Both the position numbers and the translations under genes were made by a program. The notes under the pieces are model-generated. The model did not search any database, was not told where the DNA came from, and saw only the letters and a program-made list of their open reading frames with translations. From positions 25,082,912 through 25,146,911 of the forward strand of contig NC_092675.1 of the NCBI RefSeq assembly GCF_964355755.1: a DNA stretch of 64,000 nt. The letters run 5' to 3'. The stretch's first letter is position 1. Every line of letters begins with the position of its first letter. This DNA is from Antedon mediterranea (taxonomy: Eukaryota > Animalia > Echinodermata). Of the stretch, positions 63,291-64,000 are shown one piece after another.

Positions 63291-64000
63291 GAATGATTGA
63301 GATATTGTTATACTGTGTTTTTCCAATTACAGTATTAGTACCCATTGAACATTGCAAGCACACGAAATAAAAGTGGCAAATATTATTGTAATATGTACAA
63401 ACCAATATGAGTGTTTTAACAGCCGATTCTCGGTACTGTATCTATTTCCGAAGTATCATAGGAATATTAATGGTAATAGAACATCGCGTGTATCTAGTAG
63501 GCCTATCCTTACATGATACAGGCACCACATGTGATATAAATAAGATGCTGTATTACCAAATATTCCTATCATACTTCGGAAATAGATAGTATGTGGAGAT
63601 ACATAATAGGGAATTGGTTGGTTTTAAACTGATAAATCACAATGAAATAAACAAGACAACCATCTTTTTAACCCTTGTCACTACGTATTTTAATATTAGA
63701 ATTCCTAAACGCACAAATAGCAAAGATACAAAACACGACAATAAGCACTACATACACATAATAGGAAGACAAGATTTCCAAATAATGGAAATTTAATATA
63801 AAAAGATAAATGTTGATTTATAAAATATTAGACAATGAAAGAGGTGAATTAGTTAGACTGTGGACCTTAGGATCAAAACTTAAATGACACTTAATATTTT
63901 CCTTTCAATTTCACATTGGTTCTCAATTTTAAACAAGATCCGATTTGTATATTTTTATCAAATATTTACAGTTTATGAATATTAATGTAAAATAAATTGT

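Noticed and set aside
61100-64000. Further gene upstream of VAMP7-like
   Set aside because: Isolated minus-strand donor-like motifs (about 62060 and 62773) but no coherent coding exons; the short ORFs lack recognisable features.

Overview
AT-rich, intron-rich animal genomic DNA. An echinoderm-like marine invertebrate is inferred from the SRCR/EGF gene, TRIM-NHL gene, foldback/MITE content and frequent TAGGCCTA; this is not proven. Most short ORFs in the supplied track are spurious, so genes were rebuilt by hand from GT-AG exons with consistent phases. Left to right: (1) 3' end of a cadherin-domain single-pass membrane protein (+); (2) a TRIM-NHL gene with an uninterrupted CDS (-); (3) a 16-exon secreted protein of about 741 aa, signal peptide-2xSRCR-12xEGF-PAN (-), whose introns hold a duplicated three-exon block, satellites and nested DNA transposons; (4) two tandem sigma-class GSTs (-); (5) four small, divergent CYSTM-like cysteine-rich tail proteins (-); (6) a 12-exon FYVE+armadillo-repeat gene (+) convergent with (7) a VAMP7-like longin R-SNARE (-). 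Non-coding highlights are two families of (TA)n-embedded repeats carrying an internal tRNA-like cassette with its own Pol III terminator, and a hammerhead-like motif in a GST intron. The best candidates for something undescribed are the CYSTM-like cluster, the FYVE-ARM protein and the tRNA-cassette elements. All coordinates and translations were read by eye; no database search was run.
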